From the NCBI GenBank assembly GCA_022822905.1, contig JAJDYE010000008.1:32846-96845 (forward strand): a stretch of DNA of 64,000 nt, given 5' to 3'. Each line of letters starts with the position of its first letter. Within the stretch, counting starts at the first letter, position 1. A program made the translations under genes and the position numbers. The notes below the pieces were generated by a model. The model searched no databases and was not told the DNA's origin. It worked only from the letters and a program-made list of their open reading frames with translations. This document shows positions 48,140 to 56,836 of this stretch, in pieces. Source of the DNA: Acidimicrobiia bacterium (GTDB lineage Bacteria > Actinomycetota > Acidimicrobiia > Acidimicrobiales > Bin134).

Positions 48140-48975
48140 GCGACCAGGGGGAGGGCCGCCTCCGGTCCAGCGATGGAACCATGCCTTTAATGGGGCACCT
48201 GGTGGAGTTGCGATCACGGCTCATCAAGAGCATTTTGGCCGTGGTGGCCGGCGCGGTGGTGTGCTGGGTGTTCTACCCCCAGATATTGGACCGGCTGGTC
48301 CAGCCCTATTGCGACGTGGTCCCCGAAGAAGCGGTGGCCGAAGAGGCAACCCGTCAAAACCTCTTCGGTGGCTGTGAGCTGTTGGTACTCGACCCGCTGG
48401 AGCCGTTCTCGGTGCGTTTGACCGTGGCGGGCTACGGAGGGCTGACGCTGGCAATCCCGGTGGTGCTCTGGCAGATATGGAGGTTCGTGCAGCCCGGCCT
48501 GTATCCCCGCGAGCGCCGTCACGCGGCCGCCTTCACCGTGATAGGAGCCCTGCTCTTTGCCTTGGGAGCTGGCCTCGCGTATTGGAGCATCCCCCGGGCG
48601 CTTAATTTCTTGGCCTCCATCGGCGGCGAAGACTTGGTGACCGGCTTCTCGCCAGCCAAGTACTTGTCGTTCGTCATCAAGATGATGGCGGCGTTCGGAA
48701 TCGGCTTCGAATTCCCCATCCTGCTGGTGTTCTTGCAGATGGCCGGGATCATCCACTACCGACAGCTGATACGAGGGAGGCGATTCGCAATTGTGGGCAT
48801 TGTCGCCCTGGTTGCGGTGATTACTCCTAGCGGAGACCCGTTCACACTCATGGTGCTGTCGGTGCCCATGTACCTGTTCTATGAGGCTGCAATAGGAATC
48901 GGCTGGTTGCGGGACCGCCGACAACGGCGCCAGGCGGCCGAAGAGGTAGAAGCCAATGCCGATACAGCAGGGTAA
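48136..48975 (+). CDS. tatC: Twin-arginine translocase subunit TatC
   Basis: MPLMGHLVELRSRL plus six TM segments. GTGA overlap with tatA (alternative start ATG 48181). Confidence 0.92.
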   Translation: MSDQGEGRLRSSDGTMPLMGHLVELRSRLIKSILAVVAGAVVCWVFYPQILDRLVQPYCDVVPEEAVAEEATRQNLFGGCELLVLDPLEPFSVRLTVAGYGGLTLAIPVVLWQIWRFVQPGLYPRERRHAAAFTVIGALLFALGAGLAYWSIPRALNFLASIGGEDLVTGFSPAKYLSFVIKMMAAFGIGFEFPILLVFLQMAGIIHYRQLIRGRRFAIVGIVALVAVITPSGDPFTLMVLSVPMYLFYEAAIGIGWLRDRRQRRQAAEEVEANADTAG

Positions 48976-49567
48976 GGATTGGGGCGAATCTGGAGGTCTT
49001 GGCGCTGACGGCGTGCTGGTGAGCAGCGACGCCGAGGCCCGGTCAGTGATTGAAGATGCCCGTCGGGCCAATCGTCCGCTGCCCGAGCTGGGGTTGTTGG
49101 GAGGTGATCTGTGCCGCACTCTCGGAGGACGGGGTGATGCCGAGGCCATTCGCTCACCGGAAGCGTGGAGGTTCGCCGTGGACCTCGGAGCAGTACTGCT
49201 GGATGGGCGTCTGTTCTGGTTCTGCGCCCACCTTGCGGCTCGGAGGAAGGGGTGGGCTGGCGAGGCGCTGGTGGCCATGAACGCGGCGTGGTGGGGAAAC
49301 TGGAATCTCGGACCCAAGGCCCATCCAGGAGACGGATTGCTAGACGTCTCCCATGGCCGTCTATCGGCCCGAGACCGGCTGCGGGCCCTCCGCCGGGTTG
49401 GCACCGGAGACCACCTGCCCCATCCCCAGATTCGGTACCGCCGCACCGGGGCTTTCCAAGCAGAGCTCGAGCGGCCGCTGATGGTGGAGCTGGACGGACA
49501 GCCAGTGCAAAGGGCTTCCAACTTGTCGATCCGAGTGGAGCCAGCAGCACTCATTGTAGTGGTGTGA
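48956..49567 (+). CDS. Hypothetical protein, remotely DAG/lipid-kinase-like with a degenerate GGDGT motif
   Basis: LLGGDLCRTLGG (versus GGDGT) and PGDGLLDV. 203 aa. Assignment is weak. Confidence 0.35.
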   Translation: MPIQQGKDWGESGGLGADGVLVSSDAEARSVIEDARRANRPLPELGLLGGDLCRTLGGRGDAEAIRSPEAWRFAVDLGAVLLDGRLFWFCAHLAARRKGWAGEALVAMNAAWWGNWNLGPKAHPGDGLLDVSHGRLSARDRLRALRRVGTGDHLPHPQIRYRRTGAFQAELERPLMVELDGQPVQRASNLSIRVEPAALIVVV

Positions 49568-50799
49568 CTGAGGACTGCATTAACGCGACAATCCACGACG
49601 GGACAAGTAGCATTCGCCCCGTGACTCCCGATGCGGCCAAGCAGCAGATGGCTTCAGAGGTTGATGCCCGAGCATCTCGACTACTCAGCGTCTCCCACCA
49701 GATCCATGAGAACCCCGAATTGTGTTTCGAGGAGCACACCGCCCACGATCTGCTCTGCTCTGTCTTGGAGGACGAGGGGCTCGAAGTGGAGCGGTCGGCA
49801 TACGACCTAGACACGGCGTTTGTTGCCAGAGCAGGCGGCGCCGGCCCTCATGTTGCGGTGATTTGCGAATACGACGCATTGCCTGAGATCGGGCATGCAT
49901 GCGGTCACAATGTGATCGCAGCCGCGGGACTGGGTGCCGGATTGGCCGCGGCCGTCCTGGCCGACGAGCTTGGGGGACGCGTCAGCATTATCGGCACCCC
50001 TGCGGAGGAGGGCGGCGGCGGCAAGCAATACATGCTGGAGAGAGGCGCTTTCGACGGCATCAGCGCAGCCATGATGGTACACCCCGCCAATCACGAGCTC
50101 GTCCGCATGAACACCATCGCCGTGGAGCAGCTCGTGGTGACGTACACCGGTAGGCCATCCCACGCCTCCGCGTCACCCCACCTGGGCAGAAATGCCCTCG
50201 ACGGTGCGGTGCTGGGGTATATGAATGTGGCTGCCCTTCGCCAGCACATACGGCCCGATGAGCGCATCCACGGGATCTTCACCCGGGCTGGGGACAAGCC
50301 GAACATCGTTCCTCACGATGTCGCCGCAGAGTGGTACGTCCGCTCTCCGAAGCTGGACAGCCTGGCCGAGTTGAAAGAGCGGGTGGTGGCCTGCCTCGAA
50401 GCCGGTGCGGCGGCGGCCGGGGTGGACATTGAGTGCCGTCGCGAATCGCCGATCTTCGCCGACTTGATCGACAACCGGGTGCTGCTGGACCTTTATGCCC
50501 GCAACGCCGCGTCGATGGGGCGGATCGCTCTCGAGCCCAAGTCGTCGGCCGCTGTCGTGGGCAGCACCGATATGGGAAACGTAAGCTATGCGGTGCCGTC
50601 GATCCATCCCATGATCAAGGTGGCCCCGGACAATGTGGCTATTCACACCCCGGAGTTCGCCCACTACGCCGAATCGGAAAGAGGCGACCAGGCGGTGCTC
50701 GACGGGGCGAAGATCATGGCCATGACGGTGGCCGATCTGTGGTTGGATCCAGGCGTTACGAACCGGGCTGCCGATGAGTTGGCTCAAAGCCTGCAATGA
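49564..50799 (+). CDS. M20-family amidohydrolase/metallopeptidase
   Basis: IHENPELCFEE, YDALPEIGHACGHN and PAEEGGGGK motifs. Start uncertain: GTG 49564 gives a GTGA overlap; GTG 49621 and ATG 49648 are alternatives. Confidence 0.85.
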   Translation: MTEDCINATIHDGTSSIRPVTPDAAKQQMASEVDARASRLLSVSHQIHENPELCFEEHTAHDLLCSVLEDEGLEVERSAYDLDTAFVARAGGAGPHVAVICEYDALPEIGHACGHNVIAAAGLGAGLAAAVLADELGGRVSIIGTPAEEGGGGKQYMLERGAFDGISAAMMVHPANHELVRMNTIAVEQLVVTYTGRPSHASASPHLGRNALDGAVLGYMNVAALRQHIRPDERIHGIFTRAGDKPNIVPHDVAAEWYVRSPKLDSLAELKERVVACLEAGAAAAGVDIECRRESPIFADLIDNRVLLDLYARNAASMGRIALEPKSSAAVVGSTDMGNVSYAVPSIHPMIKVAPDNVAIHTPEFAHYAESERGDQAVLDGAKIMAMTVADLWLDPGVTNRAADELAQSLQ

Positions 50800-50852
50800 G
50801 TCAATACGTCGCCAACCGGCAATGGCCCTTCAGCGGCTTGGTTCGTCGCTAG
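50796..50852 (+). other. 18-codon bridging mini-ORF (MSQYVANRQWPFSGLVRR), a decayed copy of the thyX-like 5' end
   Basis: ATG 50796 overlaps the M20 stop (50797-50799, ATGA). TAG at 50850-50852 is 6 nt before ATG 50859. MSQYVAN resembles MTQYVAE. Confidence 0.5.
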
Positions 50853-50858
50853 CCTGCA

Positions 50859-52475
50859 ATGACTCAGTACGTCGCTGAACAGTTCACCAATGAAGAGGCG
50901 GACATCCTCCGCCGGTACTTCACCAACCTGGATCAGCCGGTGTTCGCCCTCGTCAACCTGCCCGAGGTGGTCAAGGGGGCACTGTTTGCCCGCTATAGCC
51001 GTTCGGCCAAGTCGCTGCGTCGGCTGTTCTTGGACGAGTTTGTCGGCGAACTGGACATCAGTGGCGACGTGACTATCGACGCCACCGTGGGGCTGCGCCG
51101 AGCCGAGGAGCTATACGACCGGGTTTTCTTTGAATATGGGGACGATTCGGTTGCCCAGCTGGGCGGCGTCCACTTGGCCTGCGAGCAGGCCTCCAACATC
51201 TTGACCAAGGTGCTGGAGTGGGGCCGGCTTATGTCATATCTGGAGCAGTCCACGCGGTATATCGACTACCTCGCTCGGATCGGCGGCCGTTACCGCTACT
51301 ACCGCGATCCCGAGGTTGGGGAGTCTCCTCTGTCGGGCCGCTACGTGAGCGACATGGACCGAATGTTCGAGGCCTATGGCCAACTCCTGCCTGCCATGAC
51401 CGACTTCTACCGCGAGCACACCCCCAGGGACTCGGACTCCTCCGACTTCGCCTATCGCCAGGCGATCCGGGCCAAGGCCCTGGATGCGGTTCGGGGGGTG
51501 CTGCCCGCGGCAACCGTGTCCAACGTGGGCATCTACGGCACCGGCCAATCCTACGAGCTGCTGCTGCTTCGAATGCGGGCTCACGAACTACCGGAAGTGC
51601 AGGCCTATGCCGAATTGATGTTGACCGAGCTGCGCAAGGTCATCCCTTCCTTCTTGAAGCGGGTGGATCTAGAAGACCGAGGGGTGGCGTGGAGTCGCTA
51701 CATGGGCGACGTCCAAGAGTCGATGGAGAGCGTGGTCGACTACCTGCTGCCGGCCGACCTGCCAATTGATGAGGCTCCGACGGTGCGGTTGGTGGATTTC
51801 GACCCCGACGCCGAGATCAAGATGGTGGCGTCCATGCTCTATCCCTACACCCATTTCTCGGAAGAGCAACTAGAACGAGAGGTTCGGGCGATGGGGGCAG
51901 AAGACCGCCTCTCCGTCGTGCGGGCATACGTCGGTGAACGGGCCAATCGCCGACACAAGCCCGGACGGGCCTTGGAGCGTTCCTTTTACCGGTTCGACAT
52001 ATTGGCCGACTACGGTGCCTTTCGGGATCTCCAGCGCCATCGCATGCTCACCCTTGAATGGCAGAAGCTCAGCCCCCGACACGGCTTCACCCTTCCTGAG
52101 TCGGTGGAAGCCGCGGGATGTGCTCCGGTCTTCAAAGAGGCCATGGATCGCTCAGCCGACTTGTACGGCCTCTTGAACCGGGATTTCCCCGAGCAGGCTC
52201 CCTATGCGGTGAGCTTTGCCTACAAGGTGCGCTTCAACATGGGCATCAACGCCAGGGCCGCAATGCACCTTATCGAGCTGCGCACCACTCCTCAGGGCCA
52301 CTCGGTGTACCGGGAGATCGGGCAGGACATGTGGCAGCTCATCCGCGATGAGGCCGGTCACCCGGCAGTGGCGGAGATGATGCGTTTTGTCGACCTCAGC
52401 GAAGAGCCACCGCTTGGCCGCCTGGATGCCGAACTTCGAGCAGAAGAGCGTCGCCAGGTTCGAGAGCGGGCATGA
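50859..52475 (+). CDS. thyX: Long (538 aa) two-domain ThyX-like FAD-dependent thymidylate synthase homolog
   Basis: ThyX-motif remnants appear in both halves: GRLMSYLEQSTRY (N-terminal half) and QRHRMLTLEWQKLSPR (C-terminal half). Confidence 0.6.
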   Translation: MTQYVAEQFTNEEADILRRYFTNLDQPVFALVNLPEVVKGALFARYSRSAKSLRRLFLDEFVGELDISGDVTIDATVGLRRAEELYDRVFFEYGDDSVAQLGGVHLACEQASNILTKVLEWGRLMSYLEQSTRYIDYLARIGGRYRYYRDPEVGESPLSGRYVSDMDRMFEAYGQLLPAMTDFYREHTPRDSDSSDFAYRQAIRAKALDAVRGVLPAATVSNVGIYGTGQSYELLLLRMRAHELPEVQAYAELMLTELRKVIPSFLKRVDLEDRGVAWSRYMGDVQESMESVVDYLLPADLPIDEAPTVRLVDFDPDAEIKMVASMLYPYTHFSEEQLEREVRAMGAEDRLSVVRAYVGERANRRHKPGRALERSFYRFDILADYGAFRDLQRHRMLTLEWQKLSPRHGFTLPESVEAAGCAPVFKEAMDRSADLYGLLNRDFPEQAPYAVSFAYKVRFNMGINARAAMHLIELRTTPQGHSVYREIGQDMWQLIRDEAGHPAVAEMMRFVDLSEEPPLGRLDAELRAEERRQVRERA

Positions 52476-52591
52476 GCTTGAGATGCTCTTTTGGCCAAAT
52501 GGAAGATTGAACGGGTAAGTGCGCACATTGTGGGCGCGCCGGTGTCTATGATCCGCGCTGATCGGATTGCCTGAGGAGGTAGCAGGGGAGC

Positions 52592-53098
52592 ATGACAGAC
52601 CCTGACGAGCACGACGAGATGCCGGACGAGGAGTTCGACGAAAGCGCCATCGACGACCTCGACGAAGACATCGGCGAGGAACTCGATGATGAGTTCGAAA
52701 CTGTCCTCGGAGACGGCGATCTTGAAGACGACGACCTTGACGACGACCTCGACGAGGAACTCGAGGAAGAGGAAGAGAGCGGGAACAACGGGCCGGCTCG
52801 CAACGCAACCGCGGGCGATGATGAGGATGGCGAAGGGGAGGACATCGACCCCGACAACGTCGAGGCTGATCTCGACACCATTTTGAAAGACCGCCTGGCC
52901 GCCGGTGACGACGAGGACGAAGACGAGGAGACTCCCGACCCGTCGCCTGAGACCTCGGGTCAGGTCGCGCCCAAGCGAGACAATGAGTGGACCTGCGAGG
53001 GGTGTTTCCTGATCGTCAGCTCAAGCCAGTTCGGGTCCCGCGAGAATCCCCGGTGCCCTTCGGGGGAAGAGCCCTGTCCGTCTTTGGCCCGGCTATGA
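52592..53098 (+). CDS. DUF4193-family protein (acidic N-terminus, C-terminal Cys4 zinc-ribbon-like)
   Basis: Long D/E tract followed by WTCEGCFLIVSSSQFGS..NPRCPSGEEPCP. Confidence 0.7.
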   Translation: MTDPDEHDEMPDEEFDESAIDDLDEDIGEELDDEFETVLGDGDLEDDDLDDDLDEELEEEEESGNNGPARNATAGDDEDGEGEDIDPDNVEADLDTILKDRLAAGDDEDEDEETPDPSPETSGQVAPKRDNEWTCEGCFLIVSSSQFGSRENPRCPSGEEPCPSLARL

Positions 53099-53349
53099 GC
53101 CCGACCAATGACGTCGATTCCTCCCGGGAGGTAACTGGTTTTTCCCGCGAGTCGATGGACCGTCTGCTTGATACGGTGCTCTACGCTCCCGTGGGGCTTT
53201 TGCTGTCGGTTGACTCGCCGCCTTCCGAGTTGGCGGCCCGGGGTCGCCGCCATTTGGAAGCAGCTCGCCTGCTCGGCCGCATGGCTTTGGACCATTCCTC
53301 AAGGCCTTCGGGGGCCAGCGTCGACCCCGTTGATTTAGAGCCAGGTTGA
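53095..53349 (+). CDS. Small hypothetical protein
   Basis: 84 aa. ATGA overlap with the DUF4193 gene, and its stop overlaps the GNAT start region. Confidence 0.4.
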   Translation: MSPTNDVDSSREVTGFSRESMDRLLDTVLYAPVGLLLSVDSPPSELAARGRRHLEAARLLGRMALDHSSRPSGASVDPVDLEPG

Positions 53350-53852
53350 ACGTGAGCGATCGGCCGAAAGAGGGTACGGCCCGACCGGCTCGTTTCGATG
53401 AGGTTGGCATTGTGGCCGACTTGGCTCGGGAGGCTCGCAGTGAGGCCCTCGAATACCGGGGAGGGGAGCGCTGGATGGCCACGGAGGCCGCCTCCGAGCC
53501 TCTTGAAGATCATCTCGCCGAGCTGTTGGCTGCTCCAGAAGCCTTCGTGGTCGTTGGGATATGGGAAGAAGCGGTGGTGGGATACGGATTGGCTCAGCGG
53601 GTTGTGCGCCGGGACGGATCCTTCATTGCTCGAATCGACGAGCTATACGTGACTCCTGATGCCCGTTCGGTGGGAGTGGGGGAGTCACTGTTCGATGCCC
53701 TGAAGAAGTGGGCTCAGGAACAGGGTCTGGTGGCGATTGATGCTTTCGTGCTTCCAGGCCACCGCGAGGCAAAGAACTTCTTCGAGACGTTCAAACTGAC
53801 GGCCCATGCGCTAATCGTGCACACGCAGCTTGATCAAGAGCCAGAAGCGTGA
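53346..53852 (+). CDS. GNAT-family N-acetyltransferase
   Basis: Acetyl-CoA motif A region RSVGVGESLFDALKKWAQEQG. Confidence 0.8.
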   Translation: MNVSDRPKEGTARPARFDEVGIVADLAREARSEALEYRGGERWMATEAASEPLEDHLAELLAAPEAFVVVGIWEEAVVGYGLAQRVVRRDGSFIARIDELYVTPDARSVGVGESLFDALKKWAQEQGLVAIDAFVLPGHREAKNFFETFKLTAHALIVHTQLDQEPEA

Positions 53853-53890
53853 GCCGGACTCCATAAGGTGCTGGCGCTGATGGGGCAGAT

Positions 53891-54286
53891 ATGAGCGGGC
53901 CGGAGCTATGTGTTGGGGCTGTAGTGGTTCGCGACGGTGCCATTCTGTTGATCCGTCGGGGTAGTCCCCCAGGAGAAGGGCTGTGGTCGGTACCCGGTGG
54001 GCGGGTGAAGAAAGGGGAAACTCTAGCTGAGGCTGTTCGCCGCGAGCTGCGAGAGGAGACCTCCCTTGATGGAGAAGTGGGCCAGGCGGTGGGCTGGACT
54101 GAGCTCATCGGCCGACGACGCCACTACGTGGTGGTGGACTACTGGGTCACGGTGGCACCCGACGCGGTGCCAACGGCAGCTACCGATGCCTCAGACGCGG
54201 CATGGGTAGCGCTTGATGACCTAGAAGAGTGGGACTTGGTAGACGGCCTGCTGGAATTCCTGAGCGATCATCAAGTTATCGGCTAG
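53891..54286 (+). CDS. NUDIX hydrolase
   Basis: Nudix box GGRVKKGETLAEAVRRELREETSL. Confidence 0.88.
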   Translation: MSGPELCVGAVVVRDGAILLIRRGSPPGEGLWSVPGGRVKKGETLAEAVRRELREETSLDGEVGQAVGWTELIGRRRHYVVVDYWVTVAPDAVPTAATDASDAAWVALDDLEEWDLVDGLLEFLSDHQVIG

Positions 54287-55526
54287 CCGTCGGAGTGCCT
54301 GCCCGTCGGCGGGGGCGCTTCGGGGGAGGGGTGGGCTCCACTCCGAACAGAGCGGCAATGTGGGGAATCCGCTCCGATAGCTTCTTGACCTCAGCCAGCA
54401 GTTCTTCATCGGGCTTCTCAGGGATTCCCATGGGTTCCACGGTTCGGCGCACCGGGGAAAAGGCCACCGCGCCCATAACGGTTATCCAGCGCTTAGATGG
54501 AGTCTCGCTGGTCAATGCCGCGTTCGCCGCCTCGGTTAGGCGGGTAACGATGTCTTGAGGAAGGGGCACCCCGGCCTTCGGAGGGCGGGAACTGAGCCGC
54601 AGTGCCCGCACCATCCGGCCATCGGCCAGCGTGGCCGCGACCTCGGCCAGCCATTCGGCGTGTTCCCGGTCGACCCGCTCGGTGAGCTTGGCGCGAAGCT
54701 CCTCAGCCAGCGCTTTGGCCTCTTCGTCTGTTGCTCCAGATTCGGAGGCCACCACCACAGATCGGAGATCGCGGAGATCAAGCTCATCGATGCCGGCCAA
54801 TGCGGCTTCAACTCGATCCCGCCATTCCGCAGCTCGCATGCCGGAAAGCAGTTTGGCGGCCACAGTCAGGAAATCGTCAGACGAGTCTGAATCGGGCGCC
54901 TTCCCTTTCGACGGTTGTTTTTCAGGCTTGGCATCGGTATCAGGGGTGGGCTCTTCGGGTTTGGCTTGGGCGGCATCGCGAGCCTTCTTGCGCTGGTCTC
55001 GCAGGGCTTGTTCGACCGAACTGATGCCGTCACGCATCATCTTCTCGGCTACGGGCTGTTGCTCCTCAGGCAAGCTTTCGATCAAACGCTGACGGTGGGC
55101 GCGGTCCGGGCGCAGACGTTTGGCCTTGGGACGGTCATCCTCACGACGGGACTCCTGCCGGTCGCGGTCCTTCCTGTTTCCTCGGCCCCGGCGGTCTAGA
55201 CCCTCTCCTCGATCGCCGCGGTCACGCCCCCGGTTCCTTCGGTTGGACACCAGCTGGGTGGTCACTAGCGGCTGGTCTCGACCTGAGCCCAGGATCTCCA
55301 GTGTCTCCGGCATGGGGCGCTTCTCTTTGGCTTCAAACACCTCAATGATCTCAATGCCGTCCATATGGAATTCGGCCTCGACGGTCAGCTCGTCGCCCAC
55401 GCTGGCGGCAAAGGAGATCAGATCACCGGATACTTCACCCTTGGGCTCGCGCGCTCCAGCTGCTCGCCACGTCCAGGAGCCATCGGGCCGCTGGCTGGTC
55501 AGCTCGATCTCTATTCTCCGAGACAC
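54276..55526 (-). CDS. Hypothetical protein with an N-terminal beta-rich domain, an Arg/Asp/Gly-rich disordered linker and a helical C-terminal domain
   Basis: 416-aa ORF with GC3-rich codon usage. Linker RNRGRDRGDRGEGLDRRGRGNRKDRDRQESRRED. No family recognised. Confidence 0.55.
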   Translation of the reverse strand: MSRRIEIELTSQRPDGSWTWRAAGAREPKGEVSGDLISFAASVGDELTVEAEFHMDGIEIIEVFEAKEKRPMPETLEILGSGRDQPLVTTQLVSNRRNRGRDRGDRGEGLDRRGRGNRKDRDRQESRREDDRPKAKRLRPDRAHRQRLIESLPEEQQPVAEKMMRDGISSVEQALRDQRKKARDAAQAKPEEPTPDTDAKPEKQPSKGKAPDSDSSDDFLTVAAKLLSGMRAAEWRDRVEAALAGIDELDLRDLRSVVVASESGATDEEAKALAEELRAKLTERVDREHAEWLAEVAATLADGRMVRALRLSSRPPKAGVPLPQDIVTRLTEAANAALTSETPSKRWITVMGAVAFSPVRRTVEPMGIPEKPDEELLAEVKKLSERIPHIAALFGVEPTPPPKRPRRRAGTPTASR

Positions 55527-55622
55527 CGGCGGTCACGCTACCGCATGAGAGCTCAGCCGCAGAACTGCTGGCCCGCTTTCAGCGGTCGGGTGCAGGAGTG
55601 CTGGTGTGCCTTGGGCAGACAC

Positions 55623-55994
55623 CTAACACGATCCCAACACGCTGTTCGCGGCCACACTGAAACCCTCGAGTTCTACTGCGGTCGTCGCGGAAGAGGGGGA
55701 AAGCCCGGTGAGCACCGTGGGGCTCCAAGGGACTTGGGCCTCTACTCGAAGAACGGCTCCGCTCGGGGACTGGCTGATGCAGCCGGACACAATCGTGCCG
55801 TCGACGCTGGTGGCATTCACGGAGGCAGAGTTGCACCCATCACCGCCGCAACCGCTGATGAATGCCGCCGCCGCCCGGTCTGCTCGGTCAGCGGCTAGGT
55901 TGCCGCTGGCGATCAGCTCTGCATGGTCGGTGAGCGAGCCGGTGACCACTGCCACGGCCACACCGAGGGTCAACAGCACGATGGAGGTGTGCAT
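55623..55994 (-). CDS. TadE-like pseudopilin (Rv3654c-type)
   Basis: N-terminal hydrophobic helix MHTSIVLLTLGVAVAVVTG, then an Ala-rich ADRADRAAAA segment. Last gene of the Tad-like operon. Confidence 0.55.
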   Translation of the reverse strand: MHTSIVLLTLGVAVAVVTGSLTDHAELIASGNLAADRADRAAAAFISGCGGDGCNSASVNATSVDGTIVSGCISQSPSGAVLRVEAQVPWSPTVLTGLSPSSATTAVELEGFSVAANSVLGSC

Positions 55995-55998
55995 AGCG

Positions 55999-56418
55999 TT
56001 ATCCGACGGGCTCGACGCTGGCGGCGACGACCCGGTTGACGTTGAATAGTCGGCCCAACTCAACTGGACAGCTCACCACCACGGCGACCGATGGTGATGT
56101 GCTGGGGCTGCTCACCGGTGAGGGTTGGGAGATCAGGTTGACACTGAACTCAGGGTCGGTTTGGTTGCAGACCCCAGTGGTAGTGGCCAGCCCAGATTGT
56201 TCCACTGTGGCGGCGACTTCGGCCCATCGGGCCCGATCCGAGGGTTGGGCGCCATTGGAAGGGGATTGAGCCAGGGTGTCGGCGGCTTGGACCACGGCAG
56301 CTTCGGCGAAGGTCGAGGTTCGGTAGCGGGCTGTTCCCAGGGTGCCAGCCGCGTCAAGCACCACCACGCCGAGCGCCAGGGAAGGCAGGATCAGCAAGAA
56401 CGCGATGGCATCGCTCAT
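55999..56418 (-). CDS. TadE-like pseudopilin
   Basis: N-terminal helix MSDAIAFLLILPSLALGVVVL. ATG 56418. Overlaps the next gene's start region. Confidence 0.5.
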   Translation of the reverse strand: MSDAIAFLLILPSLALGVVVLDAAGTLGTARYRTSTFAEAAVVQAADTLAQSPSNGAQPSDRARWAEVAATVEQSGLATTTGVCNQTDPEFSVNLISQPSPVSSPSTSPSVAVVVSCPVELGRLFNVNRVVAASVEPVG

Positions 56419-56428
56419 GTAGGTACCA

Positions 56429-56830
56429 CTAACACGATCCGGGCACCTTGAGAACCGCAGTTTGGGTTGCCGAGCGGCAGGCAGTGGCGGTGGTATGCAG
56501 GGATGACACACGGGCGTTGAGCGGAGCGGCCGTGACAGAGGTGAACAGGTTGCAGGCCTCGGCAAACACCTCCACCGCCACCGGTTGCACGGCCAAATGA
56601 TCCATCTGGCTGAGAGTCGCTTGGGCCGCAGCAGTGAGCGCCTCCGTTGGGGGAGTGGGCTGACACTGCCACCCGGCTGCCACCGCCGCCTGAGCAGCCG
56701 CAGCAGCGCCCGACTGGGCGGCGGCGTCGGCCGACAGCCGGGTCACGTGGCTCACATATAGCCCGGTGATCGTTATCAGCAAGAACATGAGCAGCACCGA
56801 AGTGCGCAGCACGACCAAGGAGGTGGTCAT
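56429..56830 (-). CDS. TadE-like pseudopilin (Rv3655c/Rv3654c-type)
   Basis: N-terminal helix VVLRTSVLLMFLLITITGLYV followed by RLSADAAAQSGAAAAAQAAV. Confidence 0.55.
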   Translation of the reverse strand: MTTSLVVLRTSVLLMFLLITITGLYVSHVTRLSADAAAQSGAAAAAQAAVAAGWQCQPTPPTEALTAAAQATLSQMDHLAVQPVAVEVFAEACNLFTSVTAAPLNARVSSLHTTATACRSATQTAVLKVPGSC

Positions 56831-56836
56831 GGCTGG

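Noticed and set aside
53849-53894. GNAT-to-NUDIX relay made of GTG-initiated mini-ORFs (VSRTP*, VLALMGQI*).
   Set aside because: Only the terminal ATGA overlap with the NUDIX start is unambiguous. GTG triplets are frequent in this DNA and no duplicated sequence supports the case. It is mentioned only as a weak instance in the synthesis finding.
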